Shown here piece by piece: positions 13,251 to 25,430 of a stretch of 64,000 bases of DNA. Each line of letters begins with the position of its first letter. Position 1 is the stretch's first letter. The stretch is from Felis catus (lineage: Eukaryota): the NCBI RefSeq assembly GCF_018350175.1, contig NC_058382.1, forward strand, positions 49,292,001-49,356,000, in the 5' to 3' direction. A program made the translations under genes and the position numbers. Below the pieces are notes generated by a model. That model was given only the letters and a program-made list of their open reading frames with translations. It was not told where the DNA came from and ran no database searches.

Positions 13251-14339
13251 TTAGCCCGTCTAAAGCAATGTGTCCCAAGGGGCCAGTCAGGTTCAGAAGT
13301 AGGTTGGGTGGGGGCAGGGCGGGGGGGGGGGGGAAGGAGATTAGGAAGCATCATTTGGATTAGAAGGAACATCAAGAATGTTCTCAGACTAAGTCAATTC
13401 TGAGGCTGGATTTAGGGTTTGGAGATTCAAGGGAGGATTTGTTCTGTGACTGACTTGAAACCCTGGGGAAACTTCTAGGCCAGTAGCCATCTGAGTCCAA
13501 TCGTAAACACAAATGAGAAGGTTAGTACCAACTTGAACCCCAGGTTACAGGTGTGAAAGCATCATTCTCTTACCCTGCTGGCTCCACTGTTGATCCATGG
13601 TCACCACTCCTTCGTACCTTGCTTTACTCGAGGACCACACGGGGTGACCCCCTTACCTCCTTCCACTGCTAAATGGGGGGAGTATTACTTGACTATAGAA
13701 AACTTCTTTTTCTTTCTTTCTTTTTTTTTTTTTTAAGTCAGCTCCACTCCCAACGTGGAAGCAGAGAGCTGTTTGTTCCCGAGATGACTTGTGGTGTGGA
13801 CACAGAAGTGTCTGTGTGTGGTGAGGACACACATGATGTGGGCATGCACAGCTGTGTCTTACCCGAGGAGACTTCCTGCGTGAATGGAAGGCCATGTGCA
13901 CACAGGACCCTCCTGGCTTCACGTTTTCATTGGTTTTAAAATGTGGGCAAAGGTTTTGAGGGGAGCAAAACTCACAGAAAATCAGCACCCTAAGAGCCTC
14001 CTGCTAATCTCTGGGGAGAGTGAGCACCAGCTCAGGTACCACCTCCTCCATGATGGCCTCCCTGATGCCTTAGGCATAGTTCTCCTCCCTGGCTTTTCCT
14101 GTGGTACCTGGCACATTCCTCTCGGCATGGTCTGGCTTAGAGTTGATATTCAATAAACAAGTTAAGCATAGGCTTAATAAAGTATGTTTTACAGAAAATT
14201 ATTTGGAAACCACAAGTACAGTCTACCTATGAAAACTTAAATTTTCTAGTAGCCACAATTAAAAAGATAAAAAGAAACAGGTAAAATTAATTCTAATATT
14301 TTATTTAACCCAATATATACAATATATATATATATTTTT

Positions 14340-14370
14340 TTTTTCATTTTAAAAAAATGTTTCTTTATTT

Positions 14371-14420
<50 letters not shown>

Positions 14421-14792
14421 ATGAGCAGGGGAGGAGCAGAGAGAGAGAGAGAGAGAGAGACAATCTGAAGTAGGCTCCAGGCTCTGAGCTGCCAGCACAG
14501 AGCCCTATGTGGGGCTTGAACTCATGAACTGCGAGATCATGACCTGAGCTGAAGTCGGATGCTTAACCGACTGAGCCACCCAGGAGCCCCCAAAATATAT
14601 TTTTTAATGTTTATTTATTTTTGAGAGAAAGAGAGTGTGAGTGGGGGAGGGGTGGAGAGAGAGAGGGGACAGAGGATCCAAAGCGGACTTTGCCTTGATG
14701 GCAGAGAGTCCAGCGTGGGGCTCGAACCCGTGAACCATGAGATCACAACCTGAACCAAAGTCAGATGCTTAACTGAGTCACCCAGGTGCCCC
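14340..14792 (-). mobile_element. Two tandem Can-SINEs (14340-14590, 14600-14792)
   Basis: Two heads and tails; outer TSD CCAATATATAC. Confidence 0.9.
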
Positions 14793-14841
14793 AATATATA
14801 CTAAATATTATCAAAACTGTATACAATCACCATAGAAACCT

Positions 14842-17728
14842 TTTTTTAAAATTGAGGTATAATTGACATACAATATTGAATTAGTTTCAGGTGTACAAAT
14901 GAGTGATTTGACATTTGTATACATTAAGAAATGATCAGCACAATGTCTAGTTACCATCTGTCACCTTATAACATTAAAACAATATTATTGACTATATTCT
15001 GCATACTGTACATTGCATCCCCATGACTTATTTATTTTATAACTAGAAGCTTGTACTTTATCCCTTTTCATGCACTTCACAGCCCCCTGCCCAGGCAACC
15101 ACCAATCTCTTCTCTGTATTTATGAGTCTGGGTTTTGTTTGGCTTTATTTTGTTTTGTTTTGATTGTTTTTGAGGTTCTACCTAGAGGTGAAATCATGCA
15201 GTATTTGTCTTTGTCTATCTGACTTATTTCACTTAGCGTGACACCCTCAAGGTCCATCCGTGTTGTCACAAATGGCAAGATTTCATTCTTTCCTACGACT
15301 GAGTATTACTCCAGTATATACATTTACCACATCTTCTTTATACATTCACTTATCAATGGACTCTTAGGTTGTCTTCATATATTGACTATTCTAAGTAATG
15401 CTGCAATGAACATAGGGGGTGCATATATTTTTTGAATTAACGTTTTCATTTTCTTCGGATAGATACCCAGTGGTAGAATTGCTGGACCATATGCTATTTC
15501 TTTTGTTTTTTTTTTTCTTTCAAACATTTTTTTAAGTTTATTTATTTTCAAAGAGAGCACAGGTGGGGTAGGGCAGAGAGGGACGGGAGAGAGAGAAACC
15601 CAAGCAGGCTCTGCACTGATGGTGCGGGGCTCAAACTCACGAACCGTGAGATCACGACCTGAGCTGAAATCAAGAGTCCAATGCTTAACCGACTGAGCCA
15701 CCCAGGTACCTCTGATATTTCTGTTTTTAATTTTTTAAGGGCACTGCATACTGTTTTTTGTCACGACTGCACCAATTTACATTCTTACAATAGTGCACAG
15801 GCGTTCCCTTTTCTCCACATCCTCCCCAACACTTGTTATTTCTTGTTGTGTGTGTGTTTTAAAATAATCATTCTGGCAGGTGGAAGGTGATGTCTCATTG
15901 TGGTTTTTACTTGCATTTCCATGATGATTAGTGACATATCTTTTCATGTACCTGTTGGCCATCTGGATGTCTTTTTTGGAAAAATGTCTATTTAGATCCT
16001 TAGGCCATTTTTTAATTGGTTTGTTTGGGTTTTTGTTATTGAGTGTACAAGTTCTTCATGTGTTTTGTATATTAATCTCTTATAAGACATATGATTTGCA
16101 CTATCTTCTCCCATTCAGCAAGTTGCCTTTTCATTTTGTTGATGGTTTCTTTTGCTGTGCAGATATTTTTAATTTGATGTCATTCCTTTTGTCTATTGTT
16201 GCTTTTGTTTCTCTTGCCTTTGGAGTAAGATGCAAAAAAGCATTGCTAAAACCAGAGTCATGAAGCTTACTGCCTGTGTTTGCTTCTAGGAGCTTTATGG
16301 TTCTAGTTTTTACATTGAAGTCTTGGATTATTTTGTTAATTTTTGTATATGATGTAAGATAGTGGCCCAGTTTCATTCCTTTGCATGCGGCTGTTCAGTT
16401 TCCCCAACACCATTTATTGAAAAGACTGTCCTTTCCCCATTGTATATTCTTGCTTTCTTTTTTGTAAATGATTTGACCAAATATGTGTGGGTTTATTTCT
16501 AGGCTCTTTATTTATTTTTTTTAAGTTTATTTTTTTTTTTACTAAGGTCTACACCCAGTGTGGGGCTTGAACTTATGACCCCGAGATCAAGAGTAGCATG
16601 CTCTTCTGACTGAGCCAGACAGGCACCCCTCTGGGTTCTTTATTCTGTTCCATTGATCTATGTGTCTGGTTTTATGCCAATACCATACAGTTTTGATGAC
16701 TATAACTTTGTAGTATAGTTTGAAATCAGGGAGCTTGATACCTTTGGCTTTGTTCTTCTTTCTGAAGATTATTTTGGCTACTTGGGGTCTTTTGTGGTTT
16801 CATACAAATTTTAGAATTATTTGCTCTAGTTCTGTGAAAAATGCCCTTGGAATTTTGATGGGGGTTGCATTGAATCTGTAGATTGCTTTGGGCATTATGG
16901 ACATTTTAACAATATTAATTCTTTAAATCCATGAGCATGGTATATCTTTCTATCTATTTGTGTCTTCCATTTCTTTCCTCGATGTCTTATAGTTCTCAAT
17001 GTGCAGGTCTTTTACCTCCTTGATTAAATTTATTCCCAGGTATTTTGTTCTTTTTTTATACAATTGCAAACAGGCTTGTTTCCTTGATGTCCCTTCCAAA
17101 TAATTATTTGCGTATAGAAATGCAATATCTTTTTGTATATTAATTTTGTATCCTGCAACTCTATTGAATTATTAGTTCTGTTTTTTGGTAGACTCTAGGA
17201 TTTTATACATTTAGTATCATGTCATCTGCAAACAGTGACAGTTTTCCTTCTTTCTTTCCAATTGGATGACTTTAATTTCTTTTTCTTGCCTAATTTCTAT
17301 GGCTAGGACTTCCAATACTATGTTGCATAAAAGTGGGAAGAGTGGGCATCCTTGTCTTGTTCCTAATCTTAGAGGACAAACTTTCCGTTTTTCACCATTG
17401 AGTGTGATGTTAGCCATGGGCTTTATAATGTGGAGATAATTTCCTTCTATTTCTAGTTTGTTGAAAATTTTTATCATGAGACAGTATGAATGTTGTAAAA
17501 TGCTTTTTCCGCATCTATTGAGATAATCATGTTTTTTAAATCCTTTATTCTGTTAATGTGATGTATCATATCAATTGATTTTCATACGTTGGAACATTCT
17601 TGCATACCTGGAATGAATCCCAGTTGATCATGGTGTATGTTCCTTTTGATATATTGTTGAATTTGGTCTGCTAATATTTTGTTGAGGATTTTTGCATCTA
17701 TGTGCATCAGGGATATTGGCCTATAATT

Positions 17729-17774
<46 letters not shown>

Positions 17775-17790
17775 TGTCCTTTTCTGGTTA
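14842..17790 (-). mobile_element. 5'-truncated L1 (~2.9 kb, RT to 3' UTR) with nested SINEs (~15500-15710, ~16510-16629) and (GT)n at 17731-17772
   Basis: ORF-track 17217-17477 [21 protein letters not shown] (L1 RT) and 16131-16376; antisense 3' UTR. Confidence 0.9.
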
Positions 17791-18054
17791 TGGAAACATT
17801 TAATGAGATATTTTATTACTTTTTTAATGTATTAAGTCTTTGGAATTCAGTATGAATTCACAGTACATCTCAATTCAGACTAGCCACATTTCTAGTGCTC
17901 AGTAGCCACAAGTGGCCAGAGGCTACTGTATTGAGCAGCACAGATTTAGGGCATCTGCTATACAACGGCCACTATGCTGAGCACTTTATACCCACGTCAT
18001 CATAATAAAAACAATTATAATCAGACCGTATTGCATACGGTCGATGCGATGTTT

Positions 18055-18275
18055 CCTACTTGCATCATGCCAGGCATTATGCTAACAGCTTTAGTGGATT
18101 ATTGCATTTAATTTTCACTGCAGTCCTATGGTTACATGCCATTGTTATGCATACTTACCACGAGGGGACTGAGAATTAGAGGTATTAAGAAATTAGCCCA
18201 AAGCCACACAGCTACTGAGTGAAGGAGCCAAGCGTGGAGCCTTAGGCAGAACTTGCTTTCCTGAGTAGCTTCTAC
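18055..18275 (-). mobile_element. MIR
   Basis: GAGGGGACTGAG...GCCCAAAGCCACACAGCTA matches the antisense MIR core. Confidence 0.65.
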
Positions 18276-18569
18276 CTTGTTTCCCAAAATCCTCATACAC
18301 ACCTGGCCAAGCACGTTCCTAACATAAGGGTTCTGAAGTCCTTACAATTTCTGGTATTATGTAAATTCCACTGTTTTGCCTGCTCACCAAGGCTGATTTT
18401 TTAAATGTGGTGACAAAACAATGATTTTGAAGTGGTGATTTCTCAAATTTTAGGGTATGGTAAGACTCACTTGGGATTACAATCACTTGCTTGTAAAAAT
18501 GCAACTTTTTGCCCCAATCTTCTGAGATGTTGATTTAACATATTTGGAGTAAGCTCACAAACCTGCGGG

Positions 18570-19340
18570 ACCTCCCCCAGTTTTCTCCTCCATAAAGCAA
18601 TGAGAAAATTGACAAAAGTGTCCAGAAACAGTTTTTTTTTTTCAGAATTCTAAAAAATAGCCAAAATCTTGCAGCAAATCAAGGAGCATTTATTCAAGAA
18701 AAGCTCCCATATAGTTTCTGTAGGTACACCAAATAAAAACTTCATTTGTTAAAAAAGAAAGAAAGAAAAGTGGCCAAGTCTTGGTAAGAATGGCAAAAGC
18801 TATAGTGTTTTAACTTTCCCTCGTCCTTGCCCTTCTCTCCACCTTCATGGTAACCTTGAAACCGAGAGCTTGAAATCATGGGGAAATCCAGTGTGCATGC
18901 TCAAGAATGATACAGAAAACCCTAAGTTCTTACCTCTGTCTGACTTTGAGGCTCTACGTAAGCAGGAAGCGGAGGCTAAGGAGGAATTATCAACGGCCGG
19001 GATGAGTATTGAAAGCAAACCCCAGCACACACACACAGCCCCTTGGCAAAGACTTACTGGTTCCAGGCATTTAAGGAAATCTCTGTCCAATCATTAGCTG
19101 ACACAAAGCAAACCAGAGTGCAGTGGCCAACACGATCAAGGAATACAGACTTTAGAGAATTACTTCAGAAAGGTCACTAAACAAAAAAGCAGTAACAACA
19201 AACAACAGCAACAACAACGACAACAAAAACTCTGGTGCGAGAGTGTAGAGGGATCTCATGTCCAGATTTACCAAATTATATGACTTCAAATGTCCAGTTT
19301 TCAATTAAAATTTATGAGACATTCAAAGAAACAAGAAAGT
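18570..19340 (+). mobile_element. Old L1M 5'-region fragment
   Basis: Resembles ancient L1 5' region leading toward ORF1 (TGTCCAGTTTTCAA...GAGACAT..AAAGAAACAAGAAAGTA). Confidence 0.5.
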
Positions 19341-19341
19341 A

Positions 19342-19590
19342 CAGACAGTCTCCAACTTACCATGGTTCAACTTATGAGTTTTTGACTTGATGATGATGCT
19401 AAAGTGATATGCACTCAGTAGAAACTGTACTTTGAATTATGAATTTTGATTTTTTTTTCCTGGGCTAGCAATATGTGGTGTAATAATCTGTGGAAATGCT
19501 AGACGGTGACAGTTCCCAGTCAGCCATGTGATAATGAAGATAAACCACGAATACACTTAAACCATTCTGTACCCATATAACCATTTTCTT
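19342..19590. mobile_element. MER47/Tigger5-like element, one end only
   Basis: TA|CAGACAGTCTCCAACTTACCATGGTTCAACTTA terminal repeat; no second TIR found nearby. Confidence 0.65.
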
Positions 19591-19767
19591 TTTCCTTTTT
19601 TTAAGTTTATTTATTTTGACAGGGAGAGAGTGAAGAAGGGGCAGAGAGAGGGAGAGACAGAGAATCCCAAGTAGGCTCGACACTGTCAGTACAGAGCCCA
19701 ACGTGAGGCTCAAACTCACAGACCTCAAGATCATGACCTGAGCTGAAGTCTGATGCTTAGCCACCCA
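19590..19767 (-). mobile_element. Can-SINE lacking its 5'-terminal bases, fused to L1
   Basis: Reads ...GCCACCCA and continues directly into L1 ORF2 instead of GGCGCCCC + TSD. Confidence 0.85.
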
Positions 19768-21951
19768 AAAGATTTCACCAAAAAGCTGCTAGAACTGATT
19801 CATGAATTCAGCAAGGTGGCAGGATATAAAATCAATGCACAGAAATCGGTTGCATTCCTATAAACCAACAATGAAGCGACAGAAAGAAATCAAGGAATCG
19901 ATCCCATTTACAATTGCACCAAAAACCATAAAATACCTAGGAATAAATCTAACCAAAGAAGTGAAAAATCTATATACTGAAAACTAGAGAAAGCTTATGA
20001 AGGAAATTGAAGAAGACACACAAAAAAAATGGAAAAAGATCCCGTGCTCCTGGATAGGAAGAACAAATATTGTTAAAATATCAATACTACCCAAAGCCAT
20101 CTACATATTCAATGCAATCCCTATCAAAATAACACCAGCGTTCTTCACAGAGCTAGAACAAATAATCGTACAATTTGTATGGAACCAGAAAAGACCTTGA
20201 ATAGCCAAAGCAATCTTGAAAAAGAAAACCAAAGCAGGAGGCATCACAATCCTGGACTTCAAGCTATACTACAAAGGTGTAATCGTCAAGACAGTATGTA
20301 CTGGCACAAGAACAGACACTCAGATCAATGGAACAGATTAGAGAACCCAGAAATGGACGCACAGCCGTATGGCCAACCAATCTTTGACAAAACAGGAAAA
20401 AATATCCAATGGAGTAAAGACAGTCTCTTCAGCAAATGGTGCTGGGAAAACTGGACAGCGACATGCAGAAGAATGAACCTGGACCACTTTCTTACACCAG
20501 ACACAAAAATAAACTCAAAATGGATGAAAGACCTCAACGTAAGACAGAAAGCCATCAAAATCCTCGAGGAGAAAGCAGGCAAAAACCTCTTTGACCCCGG
20601 CCACAGCAACTTCTTACTCAACACATCTGCGGAGGCAAGGGAAACAAAAGCAAAAATGAACTATTGGGACCTCATCAAAATCTAAAGCTTTTGCACAGCG
20701 AAGGAAACCATCAGCAAAACTAAAAGGCAACCGACAGAAGGGGAGAAGATATTTGCAAATGACATATCATATAAAGGGTTAGTATCCAAAATCTATAAAG
20801 ACCTTATCAAACTCAACACCCAAAAAATGAATAATCCAGTGAAGAAATGGGCCAAAGACATGAATAGACACTTCTCCAAAGAAGACATCCAGATGGCTAA
20901 CATGGAAAAATGCTCAATATTACTCATCATCAGGGAAATACAAATCAAAACCACAATGAGATATCATCTCACCCCTGTCAGAATGGCTAACATTAACAAC
21001 TCAGGCAACAACAGAGGTTGGTGAGGATGCGGAGAGAGAGGATCTCTTTTGCATGCTTGTGGGAATGCAAACTGGTACACCCACTCTGGAAAACAGTCTG
21101 GAGGTTCCTCAAAAAATGAAAAATAGAACTACCCTATGACCCAGCAATTGCACCACTAGGTATTTACCCAAGGGATACAGGTGTGCTGTTTCGAAGGGAC
21201 ACATGTACCCAATGTTTATAGAAGCACTATGGACAACAGCCAAAGTATGGAAAGAGCCCAAATGTCCATCAATGGATGAATGGATAAAGAAGATGTGGTA
21301 TAATGGAGTATTACTCGGCAATCAAAAAGAATAAAATCTTGTCATTTGCAACTACGTGGATGGAACTAGAAGGTGTTATGCTAAGCAAAATTAGTCAGAG
21401 AAAGACAAATATCATATGACTTCACTCATATGAGGAATTTAAGGTACTAAACGGATGAACATAAAGGGAGGGAAGCAAAAATAGTATAAAAGCAGGGAGG
21501 GGGATGGGGCGCCTGGGTGTCTCAGTCGGTTAAGCGTCCGACTTCGGCTCAGGTCATGATCTCACAGTTCGTGAGTTCGAGCCCCGCGTAGGGCTCTGTG
21601 CTGACAGCTCAGAGCCTGGAGCCCACTTCACATTCTGTGTCTCCCTCTCTCTCTGCCCCTTCCCTGCTCATGCTGTGTCTCTCTCTGTCTCAAAAATAAA
21701 TAAACATTAAAAAAAATTTAAAAAAAAAGCAGGGAGGGGGACAAAACATAAGAGACTCTTAAATACAGAGAACAAACAGAGGGTGACTGGAGGGGTTGTG
21801 GGAGGGGGGATGGGCTAAATGGGTAAGGGGCACTAAGGAATCTCCTCCTGAAATCATTGTTGCACTATATGCTAACTAACTTGGATATAAATTAAACAAT
21901 AAATAAATAAATTAGTAATAATAAAAGGGACCAAAAACTGAAAAAAAAAAA
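19763..21951 (+). mobile_element. Relatively young feline-type L1, 5'-truncated (~2 kb), frameshifted ORF2 C-terminus + 3' UTR
   Basis: Well-preserved ORF2 peptides ([37 protein letters not shown]), retained CpGs, A tail. Confidence 0.93.
21506..21728 (+). mobile_element. Can-SINE nested in the L1 3' UTR
   Basis: 17-bp TSD AAAAGCAGGGAGGGGGA. Confidence 0.93.
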
Positions 21952-22350
21952 GTTGCTAAGAGAGGGCGCCTGGGTGGCTCAGTCATTAAGCATCTGACTT
22001 TGGCTCAGGTCATGTTCTCACGGTTTGTGAGTTTGAGTCCTACATTGGGTGAGCTTGAGCCCCGCTCTGGGTAAACACAAGCGCTGCTTCAGGTGAGGCC
22101 TGCTTCTCTCTTTCTGTGCCTCTCCTGAGATTCTCTCTCTCTGTCCCTCGCTCACTTGCACCCTCTCTCTCAAAAAAAAGAAGCTAAGAGAATAGATCTT
22201 AAAAGTTCTCATCATAAGAAAAACTGTAACTGCATGGTGATGGACATTAACTAAACTTATTGTGGTGACCATTTTACAGTACATACCAAATAATGTATGC
22301 ACCTGAAACAAATACAATGCTATATGTCATTTACATCTAATTTTTAAAAC
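21952..22350 (+). mobile_element. Old L1MA-type 3' terminus interrupted by the SINE above
   Basis: GTTGCTAAGAGA..TAGATCTTAAAAGTTCTCATCA...CACCTGAAAC. Confidence 0.75.
21964..22181 (+). mobile_element. Atypical Can-SINE variant
   Basis: Normal head, non-standard middle; TSD GCTAAGAGA. Confidence 0.8.
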
Positions 22351-22621
22351 TGGAAAAAGGGGGGAAAATACATTATTAGTATTCACTCTTGCATTAAACA
22401 AGATTGAGCATTGTTTACAAAATTTGGTAGGAGAGTCATGCAATGAGTATAAAGCAAACAAATATTTACTCCTTAGAACAAATCAGAGAAAAGGAGAGAC
22501 ATAGTTAAGGACCAGTTTCCTAGTAACAATAATGTTTATCTAATTAATGATGCCATACTAATAACTACCTTGTTAATTATCTACTATCAGTAATTACATT
22601 ATTAATAATAACAATGTTGTT

Positions 22622-22781
22622 GGGGTGGCAGGGTGGCTCAGTCGGTTGAGCTTCCGACTTTGGCTCAGGTCATGATCTCTTGGTTCATGAGTTCGAGCCC
22701 CATGTCAGGGTCTGTGCTCCCCAGCACGGAGACTGCTTGAGATCCTCTTTCTCTCCCTCTCTGCCCCTTCACCACTCATAC

Positions 22782-22816
<35 letters not shown>

Positions 22817-22840
22817 ATAAATCAGTAAACTTAAAAAAAA
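22622..22840 (+). mobile_element. Can-SINE
   Basis: TSD AATAACAATG; (CT)n and A tail. Confidence 0.9.
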
Positions 22841-22949
22841 TAACAATGGCATTAACTATCAACAATAAACTCTCAACAGATGGACACTTTTAGAGCCCTG
22901 ATATTCATTAGCTACTCAAACATTCAACCAACCTTCCTTTCATGGGATA

Positions 22950-22950
22950 T

Positions 22951-22985
<35 letters not shown>

Positions 22986-23381
22986 TTTTAATGAAAAAAA
23001 AAATTTAGGGGCACCTGGGTGGCTCAGTCAGTTAAGTGTCTGACTTTGGCTCAGGTCAAGATCTCACAGTTCATGGGTTCAAGCCTGGCGTCAGGCTCTG
23101 TGCTGACAGCTCAGAGCTGGAGCCTGCTTCAGATTCTGTATCTCCCTCTCTCTTCCCCTCCCCTGCTTGCACTCTCCCCGCCCCCACCTGTCAAAAATAA
23201 ATAAACATGAAAAAAAAATTATTATTTTTTTTTTAATTTGAGAGAGATACAGAATCTTAAGCTGGCTCCAGGCTCTAAGCTGTCAGCACAGAGCCCCGGG
23301 CAGGGCTCAAACTCAAGAACCACGAGATCATGACCTAAGCCAAAGTAGGACCTTTAACCGACTGAGCCACCCGGGCGCCCC
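22950..23381. mobile_element. Minus-strand Can-SINE with a plus-strand Can-SINE (23008-23218) nested in its tail
   Basis: Outer TSD TTCATGGGAT(A/C)TTTA; inner TSD ATG(A)nTT; (ATTT)n tail. Confidence 0.85.
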
Positions 23382-24084
23382 TTCATGGGATCTTTAGAAC
23401 TTAAGTATTTCAAGAGAAGAAGGCATTTTCCTACAGGGACTCTTGCTCTAATTAATTACTCTTTTTGTAAAGTATTTCTAGCTAGAACCAGTAGAGGCTA
23501 ACACATTGGGTGACCCATGTGACCTCTCACAGGTGCTGTGTGGAGAAGTAATAGCCCAGGATTTGTCCTTAATTATCTTCGTTTTTTATGGTGTCATTTG
23601 TTCAATGATTTATTTGTTCATAGACTTATTTAAACCATTTTGCATTTAGGCAAAGTGCTGACTTAAAAAGCTGTGAAGGGCACCATGAAGGGGTAGAGAG
23701 AAAGGATTATTGAGCACTTACTCTACCCTCTGGAACATAAACTTTGACTAATACGGTTGTCATTTTCCAAGGTGGCAAGAATCACTTTCACTTTATTAAC
23801 ACCAACCGCTTATCGGCATGACCAGTGACCCTGCCACAGTTGTAGCTTTTGAAATTTTCCCACATCTCACACGTCCTTGGTCATTAATTTCTCTAAGGGC
23901 TGGCCAGGCTGCAGTCAAACAGGAGTTCGCCTTGTGGGGGCTCAGGACTCTTGCTCTCTTCTCTCTGCCTCAGTGACCTTATCGTATTTTCTGAGCCAAG
24001 GGAGTTAGCAACGACAGTATTTTTTTATTTATTTGGTCATTTGTTTATGATTTATTTGCTTGTGCATTTGTTCTGCCTAACACG

Positions 24085-24425
24085 ATATAAATGTATCATC
24101 TTATAGTTCTGGAGGTCAGAAGTCCCAAAGAGTTCTCTGGGGCTAAAAATCAAGGCTTTGGCAAAGCCGCATTTATTCTGGGGACTCTAGGGGAGAGTCT
24201 GTGTCCTTGTCTTTTCCGAAGGCTGCCCACATTTCTTGGCTTGTGGCCCCTCCTTCCATCTTCAAAGCACATCGCTCTACATTTCTGGTGTTTATAAGCT
24301 CCCCAGTCTATGCAATTTTGTTACAGCAGCACAAACAGACTAAGACACCCTGCAAGATGACACCTTCACAGGTTTTGGAATTAGGATGTGCACATCTTTG
24401 GGGCCCATTATTCAGCCTGCCTCGG
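24085..24425. mobile_element. MLT1 (MaLR) LTR fragments
   Basis: TAGTTCTGGAGGTCAGAAGTCC...CTTGGCTTGTGGCCCC, plus an opposite-sense piece TTTGTTACAGCAGCACAAACAGACTAAGACA. Confidence 0.7.
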
Positions 24426-25216
24426 TGACATCTTTAAGCTGTCAGCTGCCTACAGTACTGCTTTTCCAAATGAACAGAAAATGGAATTTTAGTTTTGGTG
24501 CTGATTTTATTAGCTCAGCTCTTGTTACCCAACTTGGCATATGGTAGCCAGAGCTAACCAGCCACGGGAACCTCTGAGAGTCTGCCGAATCCCTCTAGGG
24601 TTAAGCTGCGTAAATATTTGAAAAGGCTGGAGGCACGGGGTGCTTTTGGCTTCTCTGTTCTATGAGCTGGCCAAGATCTGTCCCGTGGCTGGTTTACTCC
24701 TTTGGGAAATTTCCAGCCATACTTCCAACATTCACATGGTGTTCCTAATGACAAAAGTCTTAAAAAACAGAAAAATCAGAGTCCATGAGAAAAAAGGAAG
24801 CTATTGCAATCAGAAAGACAAATAAAGGCCCTTTTTATAGTCACCCCTATGAAAATAATTAATGCGCCAACATAGAATGGCATAATGTAGACTCTATCTT
24901 GCATTTTGCTTTTTTTGTTGCTTGTTTCAAGTTTTTATTTAAACTCTAATTAGTTAATATGTAGTGTAATATTGGTTTCAGGAGTAGCATTCTGCTTTCA
25001 AAGAACTACATAGACTTTTTAAAGCTACTGAGTAGAATTAGGCAAGGCTATAATTTTTTTTTTCCATTTAGGAGTTTATAGAATAGATTGTTATTTCACA
25101 TGTCATAGAAAGTACAAATGTCCTTCTAGAAGACAAGGACAAATCAACAGTAAAAATGGACTAAATGAGCTGAGACACAGCAGTCATCTCTATCTTTAGT
25201 TAGAAATGTGTTGCCT

Positions 25217-25430
25217 GGGGCACCTGGGTGGCTCAGTCGGTTGAGTGTCCGACTTTGGCTCAGGTCATATCTTGCAGTTCGTGAGTTCAAGCCCCGTGTC
25301 GGGCTCTGTGCTGACAGTTTGGAGCCTGGAACCTGCTACAGATTCTTTTGTTTCCCTCTCTCTGTCCCTTCCCCACTCATGCTCTGTCTCCCAAACATGA
25401 ATAAACGTAAAAAAAGAAAAAGAAAAAAGA
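25217..25430 (+). mobile_element. Can-SINE
   Basis: TSD AGAAATGTGTTGC. Confidence 0.92.

Larger units (their letters stand above)
14225..17950. mobile_element. MER33/MER3-like Charlie element split by two SINEs and an L1
   Basis: Left piece TTTTCTAGTAGCCACA..., middle piece ~14793-14838, right piece ACTAGCCACATTTCTAGTGCTCAGTAGCCACAAGTGGC (~17795-17950). Confidence 0.7.

Noticed and set aside
18024..18042. Perfect 8-bp hairpin GACCGTAT-TGC-ATACGGTC
   Set aside because: A stem this short is expected by chance in 64 kb; no supporting context.
19802..21024. Run of ORFs with clear protein homology
   Set aside because: Frameshifted L1 ORF2 fragments of a 5'-truncated copy, not a host gene or active element.
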